Part shown: positions 32,811 through 43,818 of the stretch, piece after piece
Layout: every line of letters begins with the position of its first letter
Numbering within the stretch: the stretch's first letter is position 1
DNA from: an uncultured Chloroflexia bacterium
GTDB lineage: Bacteria; Chloroflexota; Limnocylindria; Limnocylindrales; CSP1-4
Assembly (NCBI GenBank): GCA_963768655.1
Contig: CAVYIM010000007.1
Coordinates: 128,001 to 192,000, forward strand
Length of the DNA: 64,000 nt
Direction of reading: 5' to 3'
Position numbers and translations under genes: made by a program
Notes under the pieces: generated by a model
Told to the model about the DNA's origin: nothing
The model's input: only the letters and a program-made list of their open reading frames with translations
The model's database searches: none

Positions 32811-34642
32811 GCGACTTCGGCCGCGCCACGGAAGGCGGGATGGACGGGGTTCTCGTCCTGGCCAAGCCATCCGGCCCCACTTCACACGATATGGTCGGCC
32901 TGATACGTCGCCTGAGCGGCACTCGGCGCGTTGGACACGGCGGCACACTCGATCCCTTCGCGTCCGGCGTCCTGCCCGTCTTTCTGGGACTCGGGACGCG
33001 CGTCGTCGAATACCACATGGGCGATGACAAGGCGTATCGAGCCACGATCTGCTTCGGTGCCAGCTCGCCCACGGACGATCGAGACGGGGAGCTCGTCCCC
33101 GGCGATGGGCCGGCGCCGGCTCGCGAGGCGGTCGTGGAGGCGCTCGCCGGATTCCGCGGGTCGGTCGAGCAGCGTCCGCCGGCGTTCAGCGCCATGAAGG
33201 TGGGCGGGCGGCGTGCCTATCAGCTGGCTCGACAGGGTCAGCCAGTCGCGCTCGCTTCTCGGACCGTCAGGATCGACCGACTCGAACTGGTCGAGTGGGA
33301 CGGCTCGGACCCGGATCGCCCCACCGCGGTCCTGGAGATCGAGTGCGGGGCCGGCACCTACGTCCGGTCGCTGGCGCGCGACCTCGGGGAGCGGCTGGGC
33401 TGCGGCGCCTATCTGGGAGCTCTCACGCGAACCCGCAGCGGGCCGTTCCGCCTGGAGGCGGCGCACGATCTCGACGCCGTGCGGGCCGCAGCCGCAGGCG
33501 GGCGAGTGGCCCTGGCCGGACTCCTGCTGCCGGTAGACGTCGGCCTCGAGTCGATCCCGGCCGCGCCCCTTGCCGACGACGAGGTGACGGCGACGGCGCG
33601 CGGCCAGCAGGTGAAGCCCGCGCAGCGGCCCCATGTCGAGCAGGGATCCAGGGTCAGGCTGGTTGATGCGCGCGGAGCACTCGTCGGCATCGGGTCATGG
33701 CGGTCAGGGCGGATCGTGCCGGAGAAGATGTTCGTCGTCCCGACCTCGGCGAATCGCCAGGTCGATGCCGAAGCGCCCGCTTCGCGGAGCCTGCCCGGCG
33801 AGCCGCGGCTGCAATACGCTCGAGCCGGTGTACCGCACGAGGTCGTCCCCGGAGTGGATGCGCTTCGGGCGGAGATGGGCCGGCTGTACGTTGCAGTGGG
33901 CGTCTTCGACGGCCTGCATCGGGGCCACCTCTACCTGCTGCGGGAGCTTCGTCATGCCGCGGCGCGTACAGATGCGAGGCCGGCCGTGATCACGTTCGAT
34001 GCTCATCCCGAAGAAGTCGTGATGGGGCTCGCACCGCCGCTGCTGTGCGATCCGGACGAGCGTCTCGTCCGACTTAGCGCCGCGGGCGCGGAGGTCACCG
34101 TCGTCCAGCATTTCGACCATTCGCTTCGCACGACCACGTATCAGGAGTTCGTCGCCCGCATCCGCGATCGAGTGGACCTGGCCGGCTTCGTGATGACGCC
34201 CGACGCCGCGTTCGGCTACGAGCGCCGCGGGACGCCCGAGGCGCTGACCGCACTGGGTCGGGAAGCGGGCTTCGAAGTCACCATCGTTCACTCGCTGCTC
34301 CTCGACGGCGAGCAGGTCCGCAGCTCGGAGATTCGAAGGCGCGTCGCTGCCGGCGATCTGGCGGCCGCCCAGCGGATGCTCGGCCGGCCGCTCTCGGTCA
34401 CGGGTTGCGTTGACGCGGCTGCGGGCCGCACAGGCGCGGTTCGCATCCGATTCGACCTGCCCGTCGTGCTGCCGCCGCCAGGCCGCTATGCGGTATTGGT
34501 CGGCGCGCCGTGGCAGGCGGATGCCCCGGCCCTCCGTGCCGACAGGCCCGCGACGGGCGTGGTGGACGCCGACGGGCTGACGCTCGAGGATGGGGCCTGG
34601 GAAGATCTGCCGGATCGTTTGAGAGTCGTCTTCAGCGCTTAA
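32807..34642 (+). CDS. truB: TruB tRNA pseudouridine(55) synthase fused to a RibF-like FMN adenylyltransferase domain
   Basis: N-terminal part has KPSGPTSHD, GHGGTLDP, QRPPAFSA and GTYVRSL. C-terminal part has GVFDGLHRGH, ITFDAHP, FGY.RRG and VRSSEIR. Confidence 0.92.
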   Translation: MSDFGRATEGGMDGVLVLAKPSGPTSHDMVGLIRRLSGTRRVGHGGTLDPFASGVLPVFLGLGTRVVEYHMGDDKAYRATICFGASSPTDDRDGELVPGDGPAPAREAVVEALAGFRGSVEQRPPAFSAMKVGGRRAYQLARQGQPVALASRTVRIDRLELVEWDGSDPDRPTAVLEIECGAGTYVRSLARDLGERLGCGAYLGALTRTRSGPFRLEAAHDLDAVRAAAAGGRVALAGLLLPVDVGLESIPAAPLADDEVTATARGQQVKPAQRPHVEQGSRVRLVDARGALVGIGSWRSGRIVPEKMFVVPTSANRQVDAEAPASRSLPGEPRLQYARAGVPHEVVPGVDALRAEMGRLYVAVGVFDGLHRGHLYLLRELRHAAARTDARPAVITFDAHPEEVVMGLAPPLLCDPDERLVRLSAAGAEVTVVQHFDHSLRTTTYQEFVARIRDRVDLAGFVMTPDAAFGYERRGTPEALTALGREAGFEVTIVHSLLLDGEQVRSSEIRRRVAAGDLAAAQRMLGRPLSVTGCVDAAAGRTGAVRIRFDLPVVLPPPGRYAVLVGAPWQADAPALRADRPATGVVDADGLTLEDGAWEDLPDRLRVVFSA

Positions 34643-34688
34643 CGGAGTGGCCCGGGGTCTCGCCCGTCTGGCGCGGGGCGGCGAAGCC

Positions 34689-34756
34689 TGCTACCATCCG
34701 CCAGGCATTTAGAGAGAAGAATCATCCACGTTCTAGAGAGCTAGTCGGAGGATCGT
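34689..34756 (+). promoter_or_regulatory. Extended -10 promoter and AT-richer rpsO leader
   Basis: TGcTACCAT at 34689-34697 and a GGAGG SD before GTG 34757. S15 leaders are commonly autoregulatory. Confidence 0.4.
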
Positions 34757-35026
34757 GTGCCGCTCGCGCGGGAAGCGAAGGAACAGGTGATCTCGGATTA
34801 CGCCGTCCATGAGGGCGACACTGGCTCCGCAGAGGTGCAGATTGCGCTCCTGACCGAAAGGATCAAGGAGCTCACGGAGCATCTGCGGGGCTTTCCGAAG
34901 GACAACCAGTCCCGCCGCGGCCTCCTCAAGCTCGTCGGACAGCGAAGGCGCCTTCTTGCTTACCTGATCAAGAAGGACAACGCCCGCTATCGCGCCGTCA
35001 TCGCACGGCTCGGACTTCGCCGCTAG
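34757..35026 (+). CDS. rpsO: 30S ribosomal protein S15
   Basis: [13 protein letters not shown]...[19 protein letters not shown]...LGLRR. Confidence 0.98.
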   Translation: MPLAREAKEQVISDYAVHEGDTGSAEVQIALLTERIKELTEHLRGFPKDNQSRRGLLKLVGQRRRLLAYLIKKDNARYRAVIARLGLRR

Positions 35027-35142
35027 CGCTGCAGCCGAGGCGCGGGGCAGAGACCTCGCGCAGGTGCGGCTCACGCGCTCGGCCGGTCCAGGCGAGTTTC
35101 GGAACACCGTCCGTCCTCCTGGCTCAGGAGGAATACAAGCCC

Positions 35143-37731
35143 GTGTCTCAAACATTCGAGACGCAGTTCGCAGGACGCACCCTCAGCATCGAGACCGGCA
35201 AGCTGGCCATGCTCGCCGGCGGTGCCGTCACGGTCCGCTTCGGCGACACGATGGTGCTCGGCACCGCAAACCGGGCCGATCCGCGGCCCGGCCTCGACTT
35301 CTTCCCCCTCACGGTCGAGTTCGAAGAGCGCATGTACGCCGCCGGCAAGATCCCGGGCGGTTTCATCAAGCGTGAGTCGCGTCCGTCGGAGCAGGCCATC
35401 CTGGCCTGCCGCCTGACCGACCGCCCGATCCGGCCGCTCTTCCCCGAGGGCTACAAGGACGACATCCAGATCGTGATCACGGTCCTTTCCACGGACCAGG
35501 AGAACCAGACCGACGTCCTCGGCACGTTTGCCGCGTCGTGCGCTCTGACGATCAGCGCCATCCCGTTCCTCGGACCCATCGGCGCCGTCCGTATCGGCCG
35601 CATCGACGGCGAGTTCGTCGTCAATCCGACGATCAGCGACCTCGAGCGCTCCGACATCGACCTCATCGTGTCGGGGACTCGCGACGCGATCATGATGGTC
35701 GAGGCCGGTGCCTCGATCGTCCCCGAAGACGTCATGGCCGACGCCATCCTCTTCGGCCATCGCGCCCTCCAGCCGCTCATCGACATCCAGGATGAGATGC
35801 GCGCGGCCGTCGGCAAGCCCAAGACGGTGGGTTACCTCGAGCCGGGCACCGCTTCGGTCCTCGAGTTCGTCCACAAGGTGAGCGAACGTGGCGCCGAGTT
35901 CGTCGTCCTGGACACCGAGACGACCGGCCGCGACGCCAAGATGGCGGACCTCGTCGAGATCGGCGCAGTGCGTGTCCGCGACGGCGAGATAGTCGACCGC
36001 TTCTCCACCTTCGTGAACCCGGGCCGCACGATCTTCGGCGCCCAGATGCACGGCATCACGGACGCGGACGTGGCCGGCGCCCCGGCCCCGCGCGACGCCG
36101 CGCTGCGTTTCCTCGAGTTCGCCGGCACGAGCAGCCTGATCGGGCACAACGTCGGCTTCGACCTGGGCTTCATCGAGCAGGCGCTCGGCGAACCCGGCAA
36201 GTTCGCCGAGGCGAGCTACTTCGACACTCTGGCCATCGCCCGCGAAGGCTACCCGGATCTCGAGTCGTACAAGCTTGGCGACATCGCCCGCTTCTTCAAT
36301 CTCACGGTCGAGACGGCCCATCGCGGTCTTGCCGACGCCGAGACCACGGCCGCCATTCTGGCCGAGTTCGCCAGGGATTTGCCGCCGCGCATCCAGCTGC
36401 TCGAAGACGCCATCGCCGTCTCCATCCGGGCCAACCGCCAGGAAGGCCAGGACTCGGCGGCCCTGCTCGAAGCCGCACGTCGCCAGGCGCGCGTCAGCAA
36501 GAGCCTCTTCCAGCTCGTCCAGAAGAAGACCGTCCGCAAGCTGATCTTCGACGAGGGCATCCGCATGGATGGCCGCGGCGTCGACGACATTCGCCCGATC
36601 TCCGTTGAGGTCGGCGTGCTGCCACGAGCCCACGGCTCCGGTCTGTTCACGCGCGGCCAGACCCAGGCCCTGACGGTGGCCACGCTGGGTCCCGCTTCGG
36701 ACGTCCAGCGGATCGACACGATCAGCCCCGAGACGGAGAAGCGGTATCTACACCACTACAACATGCCGCCGTACAGCACCGGCGAGAACAAGCCGATGCG
36801 CGGTCCCGGTCGGCGCGAGATCGGTCACGGCCACCTCGCCGAGCGGGCACTGCTGCCGGTCCTGCCGTCGGAGGACGAGTTTCCGTACGTCATCCGCCTC
36901 GTCAGCGAGTGCGTGACCTCGAACGGTTCGACCTCGATGGCCTCGACCTGCGGTTCCAGCCTGGCCCTCATGGACGCCGGCGTGCCGATCAAGGCCGCCG
37001 TCGGCGGCGCCGCGATGGGCCTGATCAGCGAGCCGGACGGACGGTTCGTGATCCTGACCGACATCCTCGGCAAGGAAGACGCCTTCGGCGACATGGATTT
37101 CAAAGTGACCGGCACCCGCGAGGGCGTGACGGCGCTGCAGATGGACATCAAGGTCAAGGGCATCAGCGAGGCGATCATCCGCCAGGGCCTGGAGAAGGCC
37201 CACGCCGCTCGAATGGCGATCCTCGACAAGATGGATGCGGTCATCCCGGCGAGCCGCACGGAGATGAGCAACTTCGCGCCTCGCATCATCACCATCAAGA
37301 TCAATCCCGAGAAGATCCGCGACATCATCGGCAAGGGCGGCTCCGTGATCCGCAAGATCCAGGAGGAGACCGGCACCGAGATCAACGTGGAGGATGACGG
37401 CACGGTCCAGATCGCCGCGGTGTCGGGTGAGAACTCGCGCAAGGCGGTCCAGTGGATCGAGTCGCTCACTCGCGACGTGGAGATCGGCGGCCTGTATCTG
37501 GGCAAGGTGACCCGGATCATGGGCTTCGGCTGCTTCGTGGAAATCCTGCCGGGCAAGGAGGGCCTGGTCCGGATCGGAGAGCTGGCCGACTACCACGTGC
37601 CCACAGTCGAGGACGTGGTTTCAGTCGGCGACGAGGTCATGGTCGTGGTCACCGAGATCGACAGGCAGGGCCGCGTCAATCTCTCCCGCAAGGCCGCGAT
37701 GCAGCGTCATCTGGCCCGCACCGAGAGCTGA
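35143..37731 (+). CDS. pnp: Polyribonucleotide nucleotidyltransferase with internal DEDDh exonuclease domain
   Basis: PH1 (DFFPLTV, GKIPGGF, RLTDRPIRPLFP), PH2 (HGSGLFTRGQTQ, RREIGHG, SNGSTSMAS, DAFGDMDFKV), KH (IIGKGG) and S1. An extra domain of about 160 aa lies at 35896-36369. Confidence 0.97.
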   Translation: MSQTFETQFAGRTLSIETGKLAMLAGGAVTVRFGDTMVLGTANRADPRPGLDFFPLTVEFEERMYAAGKIPGGFIKRESRPSEQAILACRLTDRPIRPLFPEGYKDDIQIVITVLSTDQENQTDVLGTFAASCALTISAIPFLGPIGAVRIGRIDGEFVVNPTISDLERSDIDLIVSGTRDAIMMVEAGASIVPEDVMADAILFGHRALQPLIDIQDEMRAAVGKPKTVGYLEPGTASVLEFVHKVSERGAEFVVLDTETTGRDAKMADLVEIGAVRVRDGEIVDRFSTFVNPGRTIFGAQMHGITDADVAGAPAPRDAALRFLEFAGTSSLIGHNVGFDLGFIEQALGEPGKFAEASYFDTLAIAREGYPDLESYKLGDIARFFNLTVETAHRGLADAETTAAILAEFARDLPPRIQLLEDAIAVSIRANRQEGQDSAALLEAARRQARVSKSLFQLVQKKTVRKLIFDEGIRMDGRGVDDIRPISVEVGVLPRAHGSGLFTRGQTQALTVATLGPASDVQRIDTISPETEKRYLHHYNMPPYSTGENKPMRGPGRREIGHGHLAERALLPVLPSEDEFPYVIRLVSECVTSNGSTSMASTCGSSLALMDAGVPIKAAVGGAAMGLISEPDGRFVILTDILGKEDAFGDMDFKVTGTREGVTALQMDIKVKGISEAIIRQGLEKAHAARMAILDKMDAVIPASRTEMSNFAPRIITIKINPEKIRDIIGKGGSVIRKIQEETGTEINVEDDGTVQIAAVSGENSRKAVQWIESLTRDVEIGGLYLGKVTRIMGFGCFVEILPGKEGLVRIGELADYHVPTVEDVVSVGDEVMVVVTEIDRQGRVNLSRKAAMQRHLARTES

Positions 37732-37861
37732 GACCGAACCTGGTTCAGTGGCCGGTGGATCAGCCGCGAGGCCGGTCCACCGGTCGTTCTATACACGGGG
37801 TGCATATCCATCCGCATCGCAGTCAGCGTATGCACGTCCGGACCAGCCTGACCCGGTCCGC

Positions 37862-37870
37862 TGGTATACT
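37862..37870 (+). promoter_or_regulatory. Putative extended -10 promoter for the asd-udg-rnj-ftsK block
   Basis: TGgTATACT about 40 bp upstream of asd. Confidence 0.5.
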
Positions 37871-37908
37871 TCTGGGCGTGCCCGCAAGCCCAGAAGAGTA
37901 GTGGAGCC

Positions 37909-38982
37909 ATGTCCCGAGAAGCTCAACCGCTGACCGTCGCGGTCGTCGGCGCCACTGGAGTCGTCGGACGGACGATGATTCAAGTCCTCTCCGAGCGGCA
38001 CTTTCCCGTCGGTGAGCTTCGCTTGCTCGCCTCCGGCCGATCCGCCGGATCGACCGTCAGCGCGGACGGGCGGACTCTCACGGTGGACGAGGCGGTCCCC
38101 GAGGCCTTCGACGGTGTGGACATCGCCCTCTTCTCGGCCGGGACGGACGTGTCGAGGCAGCTGGCCCCTGAGGCGGCGAAGCGGGGCGCCACCGTCATCG
38201 ACAACTCCAACGCCTGGCGGATGGATGCCGCGGTGCCGCTCATCGTCAGCCAGGTGAACCCGGAGGACGGGGAGTGGCACGAGGGCATCGTCGCCAACCC
38301 CAACTGCTCGACGATGCAGCTCGTGCCCGTTCTGATGGCGCTGCGGGATACGGTCGGCCTGGAGCGAGTCGTGGTCGACACGTATCAGTCGGTTTCGGGC
38401 ACCGGCGCCGAGGCGCTGGCCGAGCTCGAGAACCAGATCCGCGCTCACGTCGCGGGGCAGCCCAAAGTCGCGTCGGTCTACCCGCACGCGATCGCGTTCA
38501 ACGCGCTGCCCGAGATCGACGTCTTCCTCGACAACGGCTACACCCGCGAGGAGTGGAAGGTCGTCACCGAGAGCCGCAAGATCCTCCATCTGCCGGAGTT
38601 GCGGGTCTCGTGCACGGCTGTCCGTGTGCCCGTCTTCGTGAGCCACTCGGAAGCGGTCCACGTCGAGACGACCCGCCCCATAACTCCGGACGAAGCGCGG
38701 CGAGCCTTCGCGGCTGTCCCCGGCGTCGTGGTGATCGACGATCCGGCGAGCCACGCTTATCCGATCGCCACTCAGGCCGCCGGCTCGGACGACGTCTTCG
38801 TCGGCCGAGTCCGAACCGATCCCTCGGTCGAGCGCGGCATTGCGTTCTGGGTGGTCAGCGACAACCTGCGTAAGGGCGCCGCCACGAACGCCGTGGAGAT
38901 CGCCGAGACCCTTCTGGAGCGTGGCTGGGTGCAGGCACGCTCCCGACGGGCGGCCCCGAGCGGGGCCGGGGGAGCCTCATGA
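37909..38982 (+). CDS. asd: Aspartate-semialdehyde dehydrogenase
   Basis: VGATGVVG, ANPNCST, TYQSVSG, RVPVFVSHS, DNLRKGAATN. Confidence 0.97.
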   Translation: MSREAQPLTVAVVGATGVVGRTMIQVLSERHFPVGELRLLASGRSAGSTVSADGRTLTVDEAVPEAFDGVDIALFSAGTDVSRQLAPEAAKRGATVIDNSNAWRMDAAVPLIVSQVNPEDGEWHEGIVANPNCSTMQLVPVLMALRDTVGLERVVVDTYQSVSGTGAEALAELENQIRAHVAGQPKVASVYPHAIAFNALPEIDVFLDNGYTREEWKVVTESRKILHLPELRVSCTAVRVPVFVSHSEAVHVETTRPITPDEARRAFAAVPGVVVIDDPASHAYPIATQAAGSDDVFVGRVRTDPSVERGIAFWVVSDNLRKGAATNAVEIAETLLERGWVQARSRRAAPSGAGGAS

Positions 38983-39737
38983 GGGATGCCGAGCGTCAGG
39001 CGGCGCTCGACGCAATAGGGGCGGAGGTCGCGACGTGCGCGCGCTGCCGCCTCCACGAAGGTCGGACGCGGGCGGTGCCGGGGGAGGGCACGGCTGCAAC
39101 CGAAGTCATCTTCGTGGGCGAGGGCCCGGGCTTCAACGAGGACCGCCAGGGCCGCCCGTTCGTTGGTCAGGCCGGCTCGCTCCTCGACGAGTTGCTGGCC
39201 TCGGTCCTGTGGTCGCGTGACGAGGTCTTCATCACCAACGTGGTCAAGTGCCGCCCGCCCGGCAACCGCGATCCGGAGCCCGACGAGATCGCGGCCTGCG
39301 CGCCCTACCTGACGCGCCAGCTCGAGGCTCTCGATCCGGCTCTCGTGGTCACGCTCGGCCGTTTCTCGATGGCTCGTTTCAGCCCCGGCGCGCGGATTGG
39401 GCAGGTCCATGGCACGTTCCGGCCCGCCGACGCCGCGTCCGGCGCGCCGAAGGCGCTGACCTTCGCGATGTACCATCCGGCGGCCGCGCTGCATCAGGGG
39501 TCGCTGAAACAGACCCTGGTCGCCGACATGCAGGGCGTGCCCGGCGCGCTGACCGAGGCCCGCGCCCTGCGGGCCGCCCGCCAGGACCAGGATGAACTAT
39601 CCGCAACGAATGCCCCGGCGCTGTCTCCGGTCGCTGAGGCCGCCACGGCCGCCACAGCGAACCCGGAATCTTCACGGGCCGTTGCCGCCGAGCCGGGCGT
39701 CGAATTCGACCCGACGGCCCAGCTCGGCCTCTTCTAG
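38979..39737 (+). CDS. Family-4 ([4Fe-4S]) uracil-DNA glycosylase
   Basis: C..C.L, GEGPG..ED..G.PFVG, NVVKCRPPGNR, YHPAA. The protein ends in QLGLF. Confidence 0.93.
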   Translation: MRDAERQAALDAIGAEVATCARCRLHEGRTRAVPGEGTAATEVIFVGEGPGFNEDRQGRPFVGQAGSLLDELLASVLWSRDEVFITNVVKCRPPGNRDPEPDEIAACAPYLTRQLEALDPALVVTLGRFSMARFSPGARIGQVHGTFRPADAASGAPKALTFAMYHPAAALHQGSLKQTLVADMQGVPGALTEARALRAARQDQDELSATNAPALSPVAEAATAATANPESSRAVAAEPGVEFDPTAQLGLF

Positions 39738-39775
39738 GATGGACAGAACCGTTACGTCCCGTCACTCGAGCACCG

Positions 39776-41444
39776 ATGCCTGAATCACAGATACCGCTTC
39801 GAATCATCCCCCTCGGAGGCGTGGGGGAGATCGGCAAGAACATGTACGTCTTCGAGTATGGCGACGACATCGTCGTCGTCGACTGTGGACTCATGTTCCC
39901 CGATGAGGAGATGTTCGGGATCGATCTGGTGATCCCCGACGTCACCTACCTGCGCGAGAACCGAGAGAAGGTCCGCGCCTTCCTGATCACTCACGCCCAC
40001 GAGGATCACGTCGGCGGGCTGCCATACGTGCTCCCGTACTTCCCCGGCGTGCCCGTGTATGCGTCAACGCTGGCCCGCGGCCTGCTCGGCATCAAGATCA
40101 AGGAGCACAAGCTCCACAACAACCCGCTCTTGCCCCTGGATCCGGGCGACAACCTCGAGATCGGGCCGTTCCGCGTCGAGCCGTTCCGGATCAGCCACTC
40201 GAATTCCGGACGCGATGGGAATCGCCCTCCACACGCCGATCGGGACGGTCGTCACGACGGGCGACTTCAAGTTCGACCACACGCCGGTCGACGGCCGCCG
40301 GTCCGACTTTGCCATGCTTTCGCGCCTGGGCGAGGACGGCGTGGTCTGCCTGCTCTCAGATTCGACTCGGGCCGAGAGTCCCGGCTACACGCTCTCTGAG
40401 CGGACCGTCGGTGAGACCTTCCGCGAGATCATGGAGCCGCTGGACGGCCGGGTCATCGTGGCCACGTTCGCCAGCAACATCGCCCGCATCCAGCAGGTCA
40501 TCGACGCCGCCGCGACGTTCGACCGCAAGGTCGCGGTCGTGGGCCGCTCCATGGAGCAGAATTTTCGCATCGCGACTGACCTTGGGTACCTGACGTATGC
40601 CCCAGGCCAGATCGTGGGCAAGGATCAGATCGGGTCCACGGCGGCGGACAAGATCGTCATCGCCACGACCGGCGCCCAGGGGGAGCCAATGGCCGGCCTG
40701 GCCCGCATGGCCAACCGCGACCACCGCTTCGTTGAGATCCAGCCGGGCGACACCGTAATCGTCAGCGCCAGCCCGATCCCCGGCAACGAAGAGTATGTGG
40801 CTCGGACCATCGACAACCTCTTCAAGGCCGGCGCCAATGTCTACTACCACACCGTCAAGCACGCCCACGTTTCGGGCCACGCCAGCCAGGAAGAGCTGAA
40901 ACTGATGCTGGGCCTGACCAGGCCGAAGTACTTCATCCCGATTCACGGCGAATTCCGGATGCTTGTCCAGCACGGCCGCCTCGCCGTGGAGACCGGGGTG
41001 GCCCCTGAGAACGTGTTCATCATCGAGAACGGCCAGGCCATCGAGTTCTTCGCGGACGGCACCGCCCGGCGCGCCGCCCCCGTAACCTCCGGCTACGTGC
41101 TCGTGGACGGGCTGTCCGTCGGCGACGTCGGCGAAGTGGTCCTGCGCGACAGGCGGGCGCTCGCCAGCGACGGCATGTTCATCATCGTCGTGACCGTGGA
41201 TAAGCAGACCGGGAAAGTGGTGGCTCGGCCCGAGATCGTGACTCGCGGCTTCATACACGGGAACGAGCGAGACCCGCTCATCGACGGGGCGGTGGAGCAC
41301 ATCATGGCCGCGGTCGAGAGCCCGGGCGATCGGACCAGCGAGGTGGGCCTTCTCAAGAGCCAGATCAAGGACGAAGTGTCGCGGTATCTCTACGAGCAGA
41401 CGCGGCGGCGGCCGCTCGTCTTCCCGGTCGTGGTGGAGGTCTGA
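39776..41444 (+). CDS. rnj: Ribonuclease J, +1 frameshift at about 40201-40203
   Basis: PLGGVGEIGKN and THAHEDH in the first frame; (HS)IPD, TGDFKFD, SDST, ATFASN and HVSGHA in the next frame. Confidence 0.94.

Positions 41445-43814
<2,370 letters not shown>

Positions 43815-43818
<4 letters not shown>

Noticed and set aside
35896-36369. PNPase insertion as an intein, intron or mobile element
   Set aside because: There are no Cys/Ser...His-Asn splice motifs, homing endonuclease motifs or terminal repeats. Codon style matches the host gene, and the motifs are those of a DEDDh exonuclease.
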